Origin: the human T2T-CHM13v2.0 reference genome, Homo sapiens
Length of the DNA: 64,000 nucleotides
Assembly (NCBI RefSeq): GCF_009914755.1
Contig: NC_060946.1
Reading direction: 5' to 3' (one strand)
Shown here in pieces: positions 1 to 14,677 of this stretch. The notes beneath the pieces were generated by a model, which searched no databases, was not told the origin of the DNA, and saw nothing but the letters and a program-made list of their open reading frames with translations. Numbering within the stretch: position 1 is the stretch's first letter; the number at the start of each line of letters is the position of its first letter. A program made the position numbers and the translations under genes.

Positions 1-109
1 TAAGTTTTATTTTTCAGGTGGTGAAGCAAACAGATTGGGAGAAGACTGACTTGAAAAGATAGTTTGTTAAACTCATAGTTCTGAAAGGAGGTGTAGCAGG
101 CCACTCAGG

Positions 110-184
110 GCCATGCCATGCCACGCCATGCCACGCCACGCCACACCATGCCAAGCCACGCCACACCATAGCACACCATGCCAC
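110..184. repeat. pentamer tandem repeat (GCCAY)n, about 15 units
   Basis: ccatgccatgccacgccatgccacgccacgccacaccatg... Confidence 0.9.
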
Positions 185-267
185 AGAAGGCCACATGGAA
201 AGCACTAGTGTGAGGCAGAGGCAGAAGGAGCAGGGCTAATGCCTTTATTTGATATTTTATGTATATA

Positions 268-556
268 TTTTTTGAGATAGAGTCTCACTCTGTTACCCAA
301 GCTGGGGTGCGGTGATATGATCACAGCTCATGGCAGCCTTTACCGTCCAGGTTCAAGTGATCCTCCTGCCTTAGCCTCCTGAGTAGCTGGGACTACAGGC
401 ATGTGCCACCCCGCCCACCTAACTTTTTAATTTATTTGTAGAGATGGGGTCTTGCCATGTTGCTCAGACTGGTCTCCAACTCCTGGGCTCAAGCAGTTCT
501 CCTGCCTCGGTTTCCCAAAGTGCAGGGACTACAGATATGAGCCACTGCGCCTGGCC
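268..556 (-). mobile_element. Alu (AluJ-like)
   Basis: tttttgagatagagtctcactctg ... gagccactgcgcctggcc. Confidence 0.9.
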
Positions 557-705
557 CCAACACCCTTACTGTGGCTTTCTCTGAAGGAATGGGCAAGGCT
601 GGGTGAACAGGCCTAGGCCTGGCTTGTTGGAATCGTTTCACTGGGCTTTGCGGTGCAGGAGCTGTCCTGAGTCTTCTCAGTAAGAAGACTCTTCTTCTTC
701 CACAC

Positions 706-746
706 CACGTGGCGTGGCGTGGTATGGTGTGGCGTGGCGTGGCATG
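706..746. repeat. pentamer tandem repeat (GTGGC)n, inverted relative to 110-184
   Basis: cacgtggcgtggcgtggtatggtgtggcgtggcgtggcatg. Confidence 0.85.
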
Positions 747-992
747 TCCCCAGGGCCAGGGGAGATTAGGGTGAGGATATTGGCTGGGAGTGTAGGAGCC
801 CCGTGAGAGCCCAAGGAAAGAGGTGGCTGGGGACTCTGGGCTCTGCGGCTCAGGCTCTGAGTGGTTTTCATATGAAAGGTGTGCTCACAGAGGGTGGTTT
901 ACCATCTCTAGGAATTAGCTTGCCCTGGAGGTGCAATCTCTCCAGAGTCAGCAAGGCCCCGAGATGCCAAGCACCAGAAAATACAGAAAACA

Positions 993-1310
<318 letters not shown>

Positions 1311-1708
1311 TTAATATGCTTCTTCCCTTTGGGCCAGCCAGAGCTGCCCGCGGCCTGGGCTTGCAGGGTGGGCTCTGCCAAGTGGCCCAGGCCCCTGCGC
1401 TCACTGCCTGATGTAATGGGTAACAGCCAAGACACATTTTCCTTAAAGTGTGTTTTGGGATCTAGCTGATCTGGAAGGCATTTATGGAACATTCTGCGTA
1501 TTTCCAAACCCTGGTTCGAAGGGAAGTCCCGGTTCATCCCTTTTTTGTGGTTTCCGTGACGAGGCCAGGCCAGCAAGAGCTTATGGAGAAGAAACGCCGA
1601 TGCAAGTTCAGCCGCCAACCGACCCGAAGCCAGAGCTGGTGATGCTGCCTGAGGTCGCACCAGGGTCCACGGGGCTTTCTCTCCCTCCGCTTAGAAGAGA
1701 GTGGCCCC

Positions 1709-2178
<470 letters not shown>

Positions 2179-4584
2179 TTGAACTCACTCACTGAATATT
2201 TGCACAGCACCTGATTCTTTCTGAAGTCCTCTTTGTATATTTCATATCCTTTGGGCTCATAAATGTCATCATTGTAGCGAATATTGGGGGTCCACTGTGA
2301 ATGCTTCTACTCCTCAGTCCCTTCAGTGACCCTGTGAGGTGGGTTGTATCATTATCCCCATTGTACAGATGGGGAAGCTGAGGCACAGATCTAAGATCAC
2401 AGAGATCACTAGTAAGTGCCAAAGTCTTGAACCCCGGGCATTTTGCCCCCAGAGCTAGGCTCCTCCCCCTGCTCTAGACCCTCTCAGTGAAGATGGTGGC
2501 CCTCATCAGAGGTGAGTAGGACAGGTCCCTGTCCTTGGGCACGTTTTATTGCAGCTGGCTATGACGCACAAGGTGGGGAGGGCGGGGGCTCGGTTCCCAC
2601 AAAACACTGGCACAGAGATACCACCCTGGCCTCTGGGCACTGCTTCTCCTCTGACTGAAGTGGAGAGAAACCTGAACCAGGCCCACCTAGCCTGTGTGGA
2701 CCCAGACCTGCTGAAGATTCTGAGCCCATGTCTGACCCCCCGGCACCCCCTGGATGGAGCAGCGCTTGCTGTACCCACTGTGGTGTCCCGGGACTGTGGG
2801 CTCCTCGAGGGGTCCTGCCTCAGTCTTGGAGCCACCGAGAGGAGCATGGCACAGTTTAGCGACCACTAAAGTCACACAGCTCAGAGATGGCATGGCGGCT
2901 GGTGTCTGCTCTCAGCTTCCTTTTAGGAAAAACAAGGAGCCTCTCACAGCCCTTTTCTTCTCTCCCAGAGTCCCTGGAGTCCTGTTCCTCAATGCAGGAT
3001 GTCAGAAAGTCCCAGGGCACTTGGCAGTGAGGGTTCCTGGCCACCCGAAGACCTACCAAATGGGAGTATGCGGGCCCAGGCCCCTCTGCTTTAAACATGC
3101 CTGCAGTGACTCCGGGGCCCACTGAGGTTTGGGAATTGCTCCCCTCTAGGCCGCGTGAGCAGCCCGTAGCAGACTGAGGGCCATGATGTGCAGTGGCCTG
3201 CGGGGGTTTCATGTCCAGGGTCCCCGGTCAAGGCTAGCAGGTCATGAATGCTGACAGGCAGCAAGGGCTGACTGTGAGCTCTGGAGCCCCCAGATACAGA
3301 GGTGTTTCTCATCTGGAGCAAGCGCCTGCTCTGAATCAGGCCCCTGCCCCGTGAGACGCAGCTGCTCCCTGGTCTGTGCAGAGCCTCTGATTCTGGCCTA
3401 CTGTCACCATCACCAGGTGACCAGGAGATCCCGGCGGGATCTGCAGACATGGACACACTGCCACACATAGCTGCCTGCCTGGGGCCTGCTGTCCACCCTC
3501 TCAGGCCCACTGTTCCCCTCTAGGCGGGGTCAGGAATGAAAGCTACCCCACGGGGACAGGTAAAGACCGGAGATGCCTCTGAGAAAGTGTTTGGTAACAG
3601 TAAGCCTCGAAACGGCATCTCTGTCCTCCACCTTTCACAGTCTCTGGGTCAGACGCCCCATTCCTCTCAGTGGTCCCGCCGACTGAGGCAGGACCCCTCA
3701 AGAAGCACACAGTCCTGGGACATCCGAGCCACCATGGCATGCTGCCCAGTCTGGGGTCAGACGTGGGCTCAGAGCCTTCAGGAGGGAGCAGCGAGTTCCC
3801 TGTGGGGGCCACATGAGCTGGGCGGGCCCGAATCTTGCTTCTCCTCAGTTCAGCGAGAGCAAGGTGTGGGGACATGCTAGATAGGGCAATGCTGAGATTT
3901 TTAGTGTGGGTTGAAGGGGATGTTTCCAGAAACGGGCTCTCTGAAGGCTGGGATTGGGTAGTGACCTGCTCACTCTCCGTCCTGCACCCCCTCTCATACA
4001 CGTGTGGACTCACGGCCTGGCCCTGCTCCTTGCCCGCCTGAGATGGGTGGTCCAGAGGGGGTCTCAGACATGGGTCACACAGGCACACAAAGTCCTCTTT
4101 GGGGCTGGAGAGCTTGGAAGATTTGGCATTCGGGCTCAAGGATCTCAGCTGGGGAGCTGAGGTCTGAAGGGTGAAGGAAACATGGGCCAGGGAGAGAGTG
4201 TCAGACAGCGGGAGCAGGTGCCAAGGCTCAGGGCAGGTGGCAGCAAGGCTTCAAGGAGTGAGGGAAGGCCGGATGGGCTGGAGCAGATTGCACCAGGAGG
4301 GCAGGAAATGAGGCGGGAGAGGGGCCTTGGAGGCCACATGGAGGACGCCGGTCTTGATCCCAGCAGGAGTGGGAGGCTGCGGAGGCCTTTGCAGAGATAT
4401 CATCAGGACTCCCGAGAACTCCCTGCACATTACCTGGAGTGTCCTTTTCAGGCATCAGATCTGTATGACTTCAAAATTAGTTTCTCCATGTTGTCAGAGT
4501 TTACACTCTGCTGCCGGGAAGTTGCATCACATCCGTGTCAGCAGCAAAGTTTCACTCAAAGCCATTTTCTTTCTTTCTTTTGTA

Positions 4585-4740
4585 TTTTATTTTATTTTAT
4601 TATTTTATTTATTTTTAAAAATAGAGACAGGGATTTCACTATGTAGCCCAGGTTGGTCTGGAACTCCTGGGCTCAAGCAATCCTCCCGCCTCAGCCTCCC
4701 AAAGTGCTGGGATTGTAGGCAGGAGCCACTTACGCTCAGC
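4585..4740 (-). mobile_element. Alu monomer (FLAM-like)
   Basis: T-rich tail then atagagacaggg...cccaaagtgctgggatt. Confidence 0.8.
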
Positions 4741-5818
4741 TTCAAAGCTGTTTTCATTCTGACCGACATGGTCAGTGTCCCCAGCCCCATGGGAGCCTGT
4801 CTGGGCTCTGGGACCCTGGTCTCAACTGTGTCCTGGCCATCTCCACTTGTATGTCCTGGGGGTAACTGGCTTCTGCCTGGAGCCCCTCTTGTGCCTTTTT
4901 TCCTCTTTAAGAGAGAGGTGTGGTATAGAGCCTCCCGGTGAGTGGAGCCTGGGCCCCACCCGACCCATGCTCTGTGCAGGTCCCGGAGCTGGACAGTGTG
5001 GCAGCCTGAGACCCCCTTGCCCTTCCCTGTGTGTGTTCAGAGGTGCTCGGCGCCCGCTGGCTTCTGTGTGGTGCTGGGCATTTCTGCTGTGGAGCACGCC
5101 TAGCCTTGGTGGGTGCCCCCTCCGCAGTCCCGCCTCCCCACTGTCTCCACGGCACTGTCCTCCATGACGGGCTCAGCTGGCTGCCTGGTGTCTGTGGGAT
5201 CCAGGCTGAAACGTGGAGGGAAAGCAAACAGGTAGAGAAATAGAAAGAGGGTGAGGCTGAACACGTTTTGCTGTTACACATCATCCCCCCCCACCTTTTT
5301 TTTTGCTATTTATTTCTCAATATTTTTTCTGCATGTTATTTTACATACAACATTGCATATTGATTCTTTTCCATGGAATGTACCAAACATTTTCCATTTC
5401 ATTATAACCATCCAGACTCTTCAAATGTATTTATAAATAGTGGCCACAGGGAACTACCTGGTGCCTGAAGCTTTCCCACATACCAGATTCCGGCCAGCGG
5501 AGGCATCTCATGCCCTGTGAATGCTGCTCTCTCCTTATTTCTCCTGAAAAATGGAAATGGTTTGGACCAGCTGCTGGCGGAGTCTGGGAGGAGCGAGGCC
5601 GGGCAGAATGATGAGTTTGACTTCATCCCTTTCCAGAAGAGGGGAAGGCGGGAGGATGCCCCATCCACCTTCCAGAAGGCGGTTCCTTGCAGTCACCCTC
5701 CCCTAGTGCTGGGTTCTCTGCTTCTCCATTTGTCAGAGATGAGTTGGCCTCCCCCTGGTTCCCCGTGTCCCTGCCACCCCCACAATCGCTGACCGTGACT
5801 TCCTTTTGTCCCTGGCAG

Positions 5819-5889
5819 AGGAGAACGAGGAGCGCACGATGATTGACCCCACTTCCAAGGAAGACCCCAAGTTCAAGGAACTGGTCAAG
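5819..5889 (+). CDS. PARVB: beta-parvin coding exon 3 (71 bp; (E)ENEERTMIDPTSKEDPKFKELVK)
   Basis: Acceptor tccttttgtccctggcag|AG and donor AAG|gtaagg; peptide matches recalled human beta-parvin; phase 0 joins to 24307. Confidence 0.97.
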
Positions 5890-6893
5890 GTAAGGAGCTC
5901 CGTCTTGGTTGGAATCTTCCTCTTAGGGCGAGGACTTGGCTTTGGGGTTCAGGGCTCTCATGGACAAAGGGAGCTAAACCCGGGGCTCCTGAAAGGGATG
6001 TTGGTGCTGCATGAGAAGGTGGGCAGACATGTTGGCAGAGGAGGACGGCAGAGAGGATCCAGCCCGAAGTGCCAAGCGCCTCCCATGTGCCCTGCTCGGC
6101 TGGGGCTTTAACGACCAGTCTTGTGAACTCTTTGCTGGACAGAGCTCGGCAGGAGGGGATTTTAGGATTAGGAATGAGTGCTGGCGTGAGCTAGTGTAGT
6201 ACCTTACAGATGGAGTTGGAACTCCGTCTGGAGCCTGGTGGGGTCTAGATTCAGATTTAACCCTGAAAAGCAGGAGGGGTCACCCTGGCCACTCCTGGCC
6301 AGGAGCCATCTGATGCCGATGCCTGCGCTGAGTGGACAGTCAGTTTCCACCACGTCTGGAGGCGTGAATCCCAGCTGGGCGAGGAACCTGGCTGCCCCGC
6401 TCCCAGAAGTCAGGGAACAGTGAGGGAAGGGGCCCATGGTGCTGGCCTTCTTGGGCAGCGGCTGTCCTTCTCCAGCGTGGCTCCTGCTCACCGTGAGGCA
6501 GTGCTTGTGTGGGTCCAAGGACAGATTGCAGTTTTGGTTGCTCTGATCGAAACCACGGTAGGGCTTGAGAGAGAATCCCCTGAAGAGGAGAGGCTGTGGG
6601 CTCTGCCTGACCTTGGTGAACCCAGGGTGGGCTCTTGGGCACACGGCTGTGGCAGACACTTGGCTTCCATAGCCCACGGCGAGCTTGGGCACCCCGGGAT
6701 TCTTGAAAATGCCGATGGTGACAGTGTCTGCCAGAAACAGACATTTTTCTATTAAAAGTGCTTTTTAAAAAGCTTCTCCACCTTCACCACCACAGTGGAC
6801 CCAATGCTGGGCTGTACAACTGTGTTTTCATGAGGGCTCATTCAGAATAAGTAAGACGGCTTGCAAGTTATGTTCTTTTAAAATCTACATTGA

Positions 6894-7535
<642 letters not shown>

Positions 7536-7729
7536 ATTCCAAATGTCAGTTTTAGGGTCCACCCAAAGATGTTGATTATTAATAACTTAAATTATTTAAT
7601 TTGTTTTATTTTTTCCCTCTGAATACCCACTTTGTTATTTCAAACAGAAGAACGTTGATGAGGAAAGTCACTGTCTTTTAGCCACGAAAATGTTGTTCTT
7701 GGGGGATATTTAAGCAAGGGATGCATGAG

Positions 7730-8175
7730 AATTATCAGGCTTCTACAAAGAAACAGACCCAATTGTGTCAATATCTAGAGAGAGGTTTATTATGATATTG
7801 GCTCACTTGACTACGGAGGCTGAGAAGTCCCCCGACCTGCCATCTGCAAGCTAGAAAGCTGGAGGGCCAGTGGTAGAGATGCCAGCCTGCGTCTGCAGCC
7901 CTGAGTACCGGGAACAGGGTGGGAGAAGATCCAGGTGCTGGCACTAGCAGTCCCCGGCAGAGAGAGGTGAATCCCAACTTCCTCCACCTTTTTGTTCTAT
8001 GGGATCAGATGAGGCCCACCCGCTTTGGGGAGGGCTGTCTGCTTTACTCTATCCACCAATTCAAATGCTCATCTCCTCTGAACACCATTCCAGACACACC
8101 CAGAAACAATGTTTCATTGGCTATCTGGGCACCCCAGAGCCCAGGCAAGTTGACACAGAAGATGAACCATCCCAT
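7730..8175 (-). mobile_element. MLT2-family (ERVL) LTR
   Basis: ggaggctgagaagtcccccgacctgccatctgcaagct ... agacacacccagaaacaatgttt ... caagttgacacag. Confidence 0.75.
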
Positions 8176-8321
8176 GCACCTTTCTAAAGATTTTTTTCTT
8201 TGATTTTTGAGCAATGCTTGAGAGTTCACAAACTCCATTCACAGGATTATCTCCTTGAAACAACACCCTGGGGAGCTGTGTCATTCTTGCTTCCATGTGG
8301 AGACTCAGAGAGAGGTGAAGG

Positions 8322-8625
8322 GGCTGGGCGCCATGGCTCACACCTGAAATCCCAGCGCCCTGGGAGGCCAAGGTTGGGGGGAATCACTTGAGCCCAGGAG
8401 TTCAAGACCAGCCTGGGCAACATGGTGAAACCCTGTCTCTACCAAAAAAAAAAAAATTAACTGGGTGTGGTGGGAGGCACCTGTAATCCTAGCTATGCAG
8501 GAGGCTGAGGTGGGAGGATTGCTTGAGCCCCGGAGGTCAAGGGTGCAATGAGCTAAGATTATGCCTGTGAATAGCCACTGCACTCTAGCCTGGGTGACAG
8601 AGCAAGACCCTGTCTCAAAAAAAAA
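8322..8625 (+). mobile_element. Alu (AluJ-like)
   Basis: ggctgggcgccatggctcacacctg ... gcaagaccctgtctcaaaa. Confidence 0.9.
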
Positions 8626-9294
8626 GACAGGTTTAAGTAACTCCCCACCCCCAGGTGCTGGGGTTAGTGATGTGTCTGGGCTTGAATGGCTCTGTCCATT
8701 TGGTGCTGTGTTCACTGAGCCAAGTTGAGTGCGTGTGGGGTCCTGTGCTGGGCCCTGGGATTCGGGGATGGATAAGTGACTTCCCTGCTATGCAGGATTT
8801 GATTTATGTTCCTCCTGGATGTCTGCAGTGCCACCCACCCCTGCCTTTGCTGCTTTGCTGCCAAAGACCCCCAGGCTGTTTTGGCCTTGGTGGGGCGAGG
8901 GCTGGCTGCTGCATGTCTTCCAGGTTTCAGATTGAGAAGAAGGCCACATTGAGGGGCATGGGGTGGACTGATGGGAAAGCTAATTAGCATCCTTTGGGGC
9001 AAAGTACAACTATGGGGCAAAATACAACTAAGAACAGGAAGGAGCTGAGGAATAAATGCCTCTCCCCGACTTCCCTGATGTGGGCTTCTGAGACCATGGC
9101 TCATGGAGATGGGCTGCATGGCTGATCATCAGCTGGGTTTTCTTCTGAAGCCATAGCCAGCTCATGCACCTGCCTCACCTCCCTTCCCCTCCCTGTTGCT
9201 CGTCTAGGGTGCCCTCCCCTCACCCCCAAACCCCTGCCAAAGAAAAGGCATCAGCAGTGAGCTTTGTCCTGGCTCTGTTTTTCAGGGAACCTGG

Positions 9295-9800
9295 GCCAGA
9301 ATCATGGTCCCCAAAGATGACCATGTGATAATCCCTGGAGCCATTGACTATCATCTTACATGGCAAAGGGACATGGTGGGTGTAGTTAGTGACCTTGCAA
9401 TGAGGAGGTCATCCTGGATGATCCAGGCGGGCCCAGTGTGTTCGCTAGTGTCTGTATAAGAGGGACATGGGGAGCTTTGACTGCCCATGAACATGGCAGC
9501 TTGACCCTGGAGGCAAGGTGGTAGCTTCTGGCTCTGAAGATGGAAGAAGGGGCCATGCACTAATGGATGCAGGCGGCCTCTGCCTCTAGAAGTGGAAAAG
9601 ACAAAGAAATGGATTCTCCACTAGAGAACCCAGAAGGAACCCTGGAGCCTCCAGAAGGAACCAGCCCTGCTGACACCTGGATTTTAGCCCAGTGGAACAG
9701 ATTTTGGACTTTGACCTCTAGGACTGCAAGAGAATCCACTGAGCCGTTGGAAGCCCCTGGGTTTGTGTTAATTTGTTACAGTAGCCACAAGCAACTAACA
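9295..9800 (+). mobile_element. MLT1-family MaLR LTR
   Basis: agaatcatggtccccaaagatg ... ggattctccactagag ... ctgacacctggattttagcccagtg ... aatttgttacagtagcc. Confidence 0.75.
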
Positions 9801-10544
9801 CCATCCTGTTCTCCAGGCTGCTGCCTCCAGCTGCAGCTGGCGTGCCCTGGCCACTGGGGCCAGGCAGGGTGGGTTTTGATACCTGCAGCGGCAGCATCCT
9901 TGGCCATTTCCTGGAAGGGCCAGTTGCCAGACACTGAGATGCCTGTTACTGCAACTGTCCCACCAGCCTGGAGCACGTGTTTCTGGAGACAGGCAAATTC
10001 TGGAAGGCTCCACCTGCTCTCAGACTGCGGGTTGCGTCTCAAAGCAGGCTGGCAGACATTTTCCACTCTTGATCAATCATTTTCCAAAATAAGCATAGAC
10101 ACAGCAACCCGGAGAGCAGCTTCGGTTTGGCTGTCGGTGGCGTGTTAGTTACTGTAGTGGTGGCACAGAGGCGATATACGTTAAATATTAGTTCTCACTG
10201 ACTATAGCCTTTTAAACAGAGCAGCGTGTGGGTGGCAGCAGGTGAGTTGGCTATACTGAGCTTGGGCTGCCCTTGGTTGATTCTTGTTTGTCAGGCATGC
10301 AGGGGGCTCTCTGTGCGTCCAGGCATATTCCCTGTCTGGATTTGCTTGTGTTCATGGATTTTCAGCACCTCCTTTCTTCTGGTTTGGGAATGAGTCAGGT
10401 CCTCACTACACAAGGCCAGAGCAGTATGCGTGTGTGGGTAGGGGTGAGCAGGTGTCATTCCCTGCCTCCCCTCCTCCTTCACTGCCCCAGCCACCCTGAC
10501 CACCTTGCTGTTCTGAGGACACACTGAGCCAGTGCCCACTGGGC

Positions 10545-11145
10545 ATCAGGTGAAAGGGGACATCCCACAAGCCCACCCTCACTTCTGACACCAATGGCAA
10601 GTTCAGGATCTCCAACACTGCCCTGAGGTTTGGTCATTTGCTAGAGGGACTCCCAGAACCCACTTAAAGCTGTCACCCTCACAGTTACAGTTTCTGATGG
10701 TGAAGGGATACACATGAAAATCAGCCGAGGGAAGAGTTGCCCAGGGCAGAGTTGAACGCACCCACACAGCACCTCCATTGTCCTTTCACCATGGGGTCAT
10801 AGGCAGCGTTACTCTCCCGGTGATGTGGGACAATGCGCATGCAGTATTGCCAGCCGGGGAGGTCATCTGAGCCTCCGTGTCCAGAGTTTCTGCTGGAGCT
10901 CACTTGCATGGGTGTGGCTGACTGTCCACATGGCTCATCTGTCTCCAGCCCCTCCAGCAGCTGGCTGATAGAGTGCAACCCAAAGCCCCCTCCCTGAATG
11001 ACATAGTTACTCCCTGGCTGGCCCGAGGGCCCCAGGTAAGCAGAGGTACTTTATCTGGCAGGGCATTTCGGAGCTTAGGAGATCACCTCCCAGGGGCTGA
11101 GGTCACAGGCCCAACCTCTCTGTGGGCAAGGTTAGGTTCATTATC
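10545..11145 (-). mobile_element. MER21-like LTR
   Basis: acttctgacaccaatggcaagttcagg...ttgctagagggactcccagaac...aaaatcagcc resembles antisense MER21C. Confidence 0.6.
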
Positions 11146-11466
11146 ACGTACCTGGTCTTTGGACTTTCAAAGGCCCATGCCTGGAGCTGTCTTCAACACT
11201 TCTTTCAGTTTTCTCTCAATGCTTCCTCCTTGGAGACGTATTTCCTGCCCCTGTCACTCCATCACTCTCCTCCTAACCCCAGTTACTTTTTCTTTGCTGG
11301 GCTTGCTGCTGCCTGGAGTCATTTCCTATTTACTAGTTTGTTTTTGGTCTTTCTCCTCCCCTAGAATGTAATCTTATGCTGTGAGGGACCATGACCATTC
11401 TCTTCCCAGCTAAATCCCCAGGGCTGGAGTTGTGCTGCACATGCAGAGCTAATTCATCCTTGATAG

Positions 11467-11897
<431 letters not shown>

Positions 11898-11904
11898 AGA
11901 TGTG

Positions 11905-11935
<31 letters not shown>

Positions 11936-13474
11936 CTACCCCAAACCTGTGAGATGGCAGGGAGGAGGCTCTGGGAAGAGGGGGTGAGGGTTGGGGTAAA
12001 CCTGTGGATTGGATGCTGATGTAGGTGGTCCCAGGTGCTCCCTTGGGAGGAGATGGACAGTCCGGATGGTGCAGACAAAACACCTCCATCCACATTACCT
12101 GCGTAATTCTCTTTGCTTTCCAGAACATCCTTTGTGTACTGTGGACTGTGATGATCTAATGCTAGTGGATTACATCTAAGTAGGCCTTAGTAGAAGCCAC
12201 CTCCCAGTGGTTCCTCGGAGGCATTTGGTCCAGAAGCAGATGATTTTAGTGCAAAGCACAGACCGTATGCAGGCCTGAGCAGATCAGGGGACAGACAGAT
12301 CTGGCTGACATCCTGATCCGCTGGCTGTGGTGGTGTGGCCATTGCTTGTAGCCACATTGCAGTCTTGAATGTCCCCCTTGGAAATGGGGGACATTTCCAA
12401 GGATGCCTGCCTGGTCCTCTAGTTTTCTCTTTCTCTGTTCTCTGTCATCTGCACTTTTTTCCTCTTGTCTTGATTGCTTGTCCTGTCTCCCCTAGTAGAC
12501 ACCCCCTCTGACCTCTGCTGCCTCAGGACTGTTGCTGTATAAAATATTGTGAGATGCCCTCTGCTCCTGTTTAAAAAAAAAAAAATCCTTAGCTCTGGGT
12601 AAGCTAGGCACTGAGAATGAGGCCAGTCATTCAAAACTTGTCTCTGAGCATTGATTATACTCATGTATTATACTGTTAAGGGGTGAAGGTCGGCTCTAGG
12701 GTCAGCTTCCTGGATTTAAATCCCAACTCAGATTAAAGTGGGAGAATAATAGCACCAACGTGACAACCTCAAAGTGTCATTTGTAAGGATAATGTTAGAT
12801 CATACACTTGATCACCCGTTAGCAGTGTAAGGGCAGTGTGGGAACATGAGCATGAACAGGGCAGCCCAGAAGGGAGTTGAATGGACAGATGGGCAATGCC
12901 AGTTTGGAAGTGGGTGCATGCATCCGGTGGGTTCAGGAGCCTGGAAGACTTATCCAAAAGTCATCTTTGCTGGTGTTTCTTCCTGTGTATTTTCTCTAAC
13001 CTTCTCCAGCAGTGACCTGAATTACTTATGGGTGAACACTGAATGCTGCCCAGGCAACTAGAGGTTTATAGATGAGATACTTAAAATTTTTAATGATTCT
13101 TAAAAGAGGGAGTGGCTATTCTTATGCTTTCCAGAATGAATAGCCAAGGGAAACCTGTACAGTTGCCATATAAGGAGAAACCTAGACCTGGCCTTAGCCT
13201 CTAGGTCCTGGTGCAGATTCTTAGCACGTAGCGCCTAAAACCTTTGCGATTTCCTGAGTGATAGGAGCGTCTTTTGTTATTCATAATGAGATCTGGGTTT
13301 ATGCTAACGAGGTGACTCAGGGTGGGGGCTGGCCCCAGAGTAACCAACACAGGATTAGAGGGTTGGGGCTATCAGTCCTACCCACCCCCAGCCTCTGGGT
13401 GGGGTGGAGAGGGGCTGGAGAGTGAATCAAATCACCAATAGCCAATGATGTAATCAGTCACACTTACATAATGA

Positions 13475-13958
<484 letters not shown>

Positions 13959-14236
13959 TAACCTTTATAGTAAGTTGGTAATCCTCAGTAAAATGCTTTT
14001 CTGAGCTCTGTGTGTTCTGCCAAATCACTGAACCTGAGGTGAGGGCCCTGATTTGTAATCAGTGGGAAGAGGCTCAAGTAGCCTGGGAGCCCCATCTGCA
14101 GCTGGTGTCTGGAATGAAGTCAATTTGGTGGGACTGAGCCCTCAGCCTGTGGGGTCAAGTGTAGCTAGTGTTAGAATCAGACTGAACTCTAGGACACCCC
14201 ATTGGTATCAGATAATCAGAGAATTGCTGTTGGAAT

Positions 14237-14677
14237 TTTCATGTGCGTCCGTGTGAAGAGACCACCAAACAGGCTTTGTGTGAGCAACATGGCTGTTTAT
14301 TTCACCTGGGTGCAGGCGGGCTGAGTCCGAAAAGACAGTCAGCGAAGGGAGATAGGGGTGGGGCCGTTTTATAGGATTTGGGAAGGTAATGGAAAATTAC
14401 AGTCAAAGGGGGTTGTTCTCTGGTGGGCAGGGGTGGATCTCACAAAGTACATTCTCAAGGGTGGGGAGAATTACAAAGAACCTTCTTAAGGGTGGGGGAG
14501 ATTACAAAGTATATTGATCAGTTAGGGTGGGGCAGGAACAAATCACAATGCTGGAATGTCATCAGTTAAGGCTGTTTTTACTTCTTTTGTGGATCTTCAG
14601 TTAATTTAGGCCATCTGGATGTATACGTGCAAGTCACAGGGGATGCGATGGCCTGGCCTGGGCTCAGAGGCCTGACA
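14237..14677 (-). mobile_element. solo LTR7-family (HERV-H) LTR, LTR7Y/LTR7B-like, 441 bp
   Basis: Minus strand reads TGTCAGGCCTCTGAGCCC ... CACACGGACGCACATGAAA; perfect 5-bp TSD GGAAT at 14232-14236 and 14678-14682; TATAAAA at 14367-14373 and AATAAA at 14296-14301 on the minus strand. Confidence 0.93.

Noticed and set aside
3543-4941. Long GC-rich ORFs (198, 154, 204 aa; likewise 9567 and 48849)
   Set aside because: No recognisable domain, partly Alu- or LTR-derived, and expected by chance in GC-rich intron
5806-6111. ORF-track proteins overlapping exons (also 24331, 36671, 63082) as stand-alone genes
   Set aside because: Only the exon portions match parvin; the rest is intron read-through past GT donors
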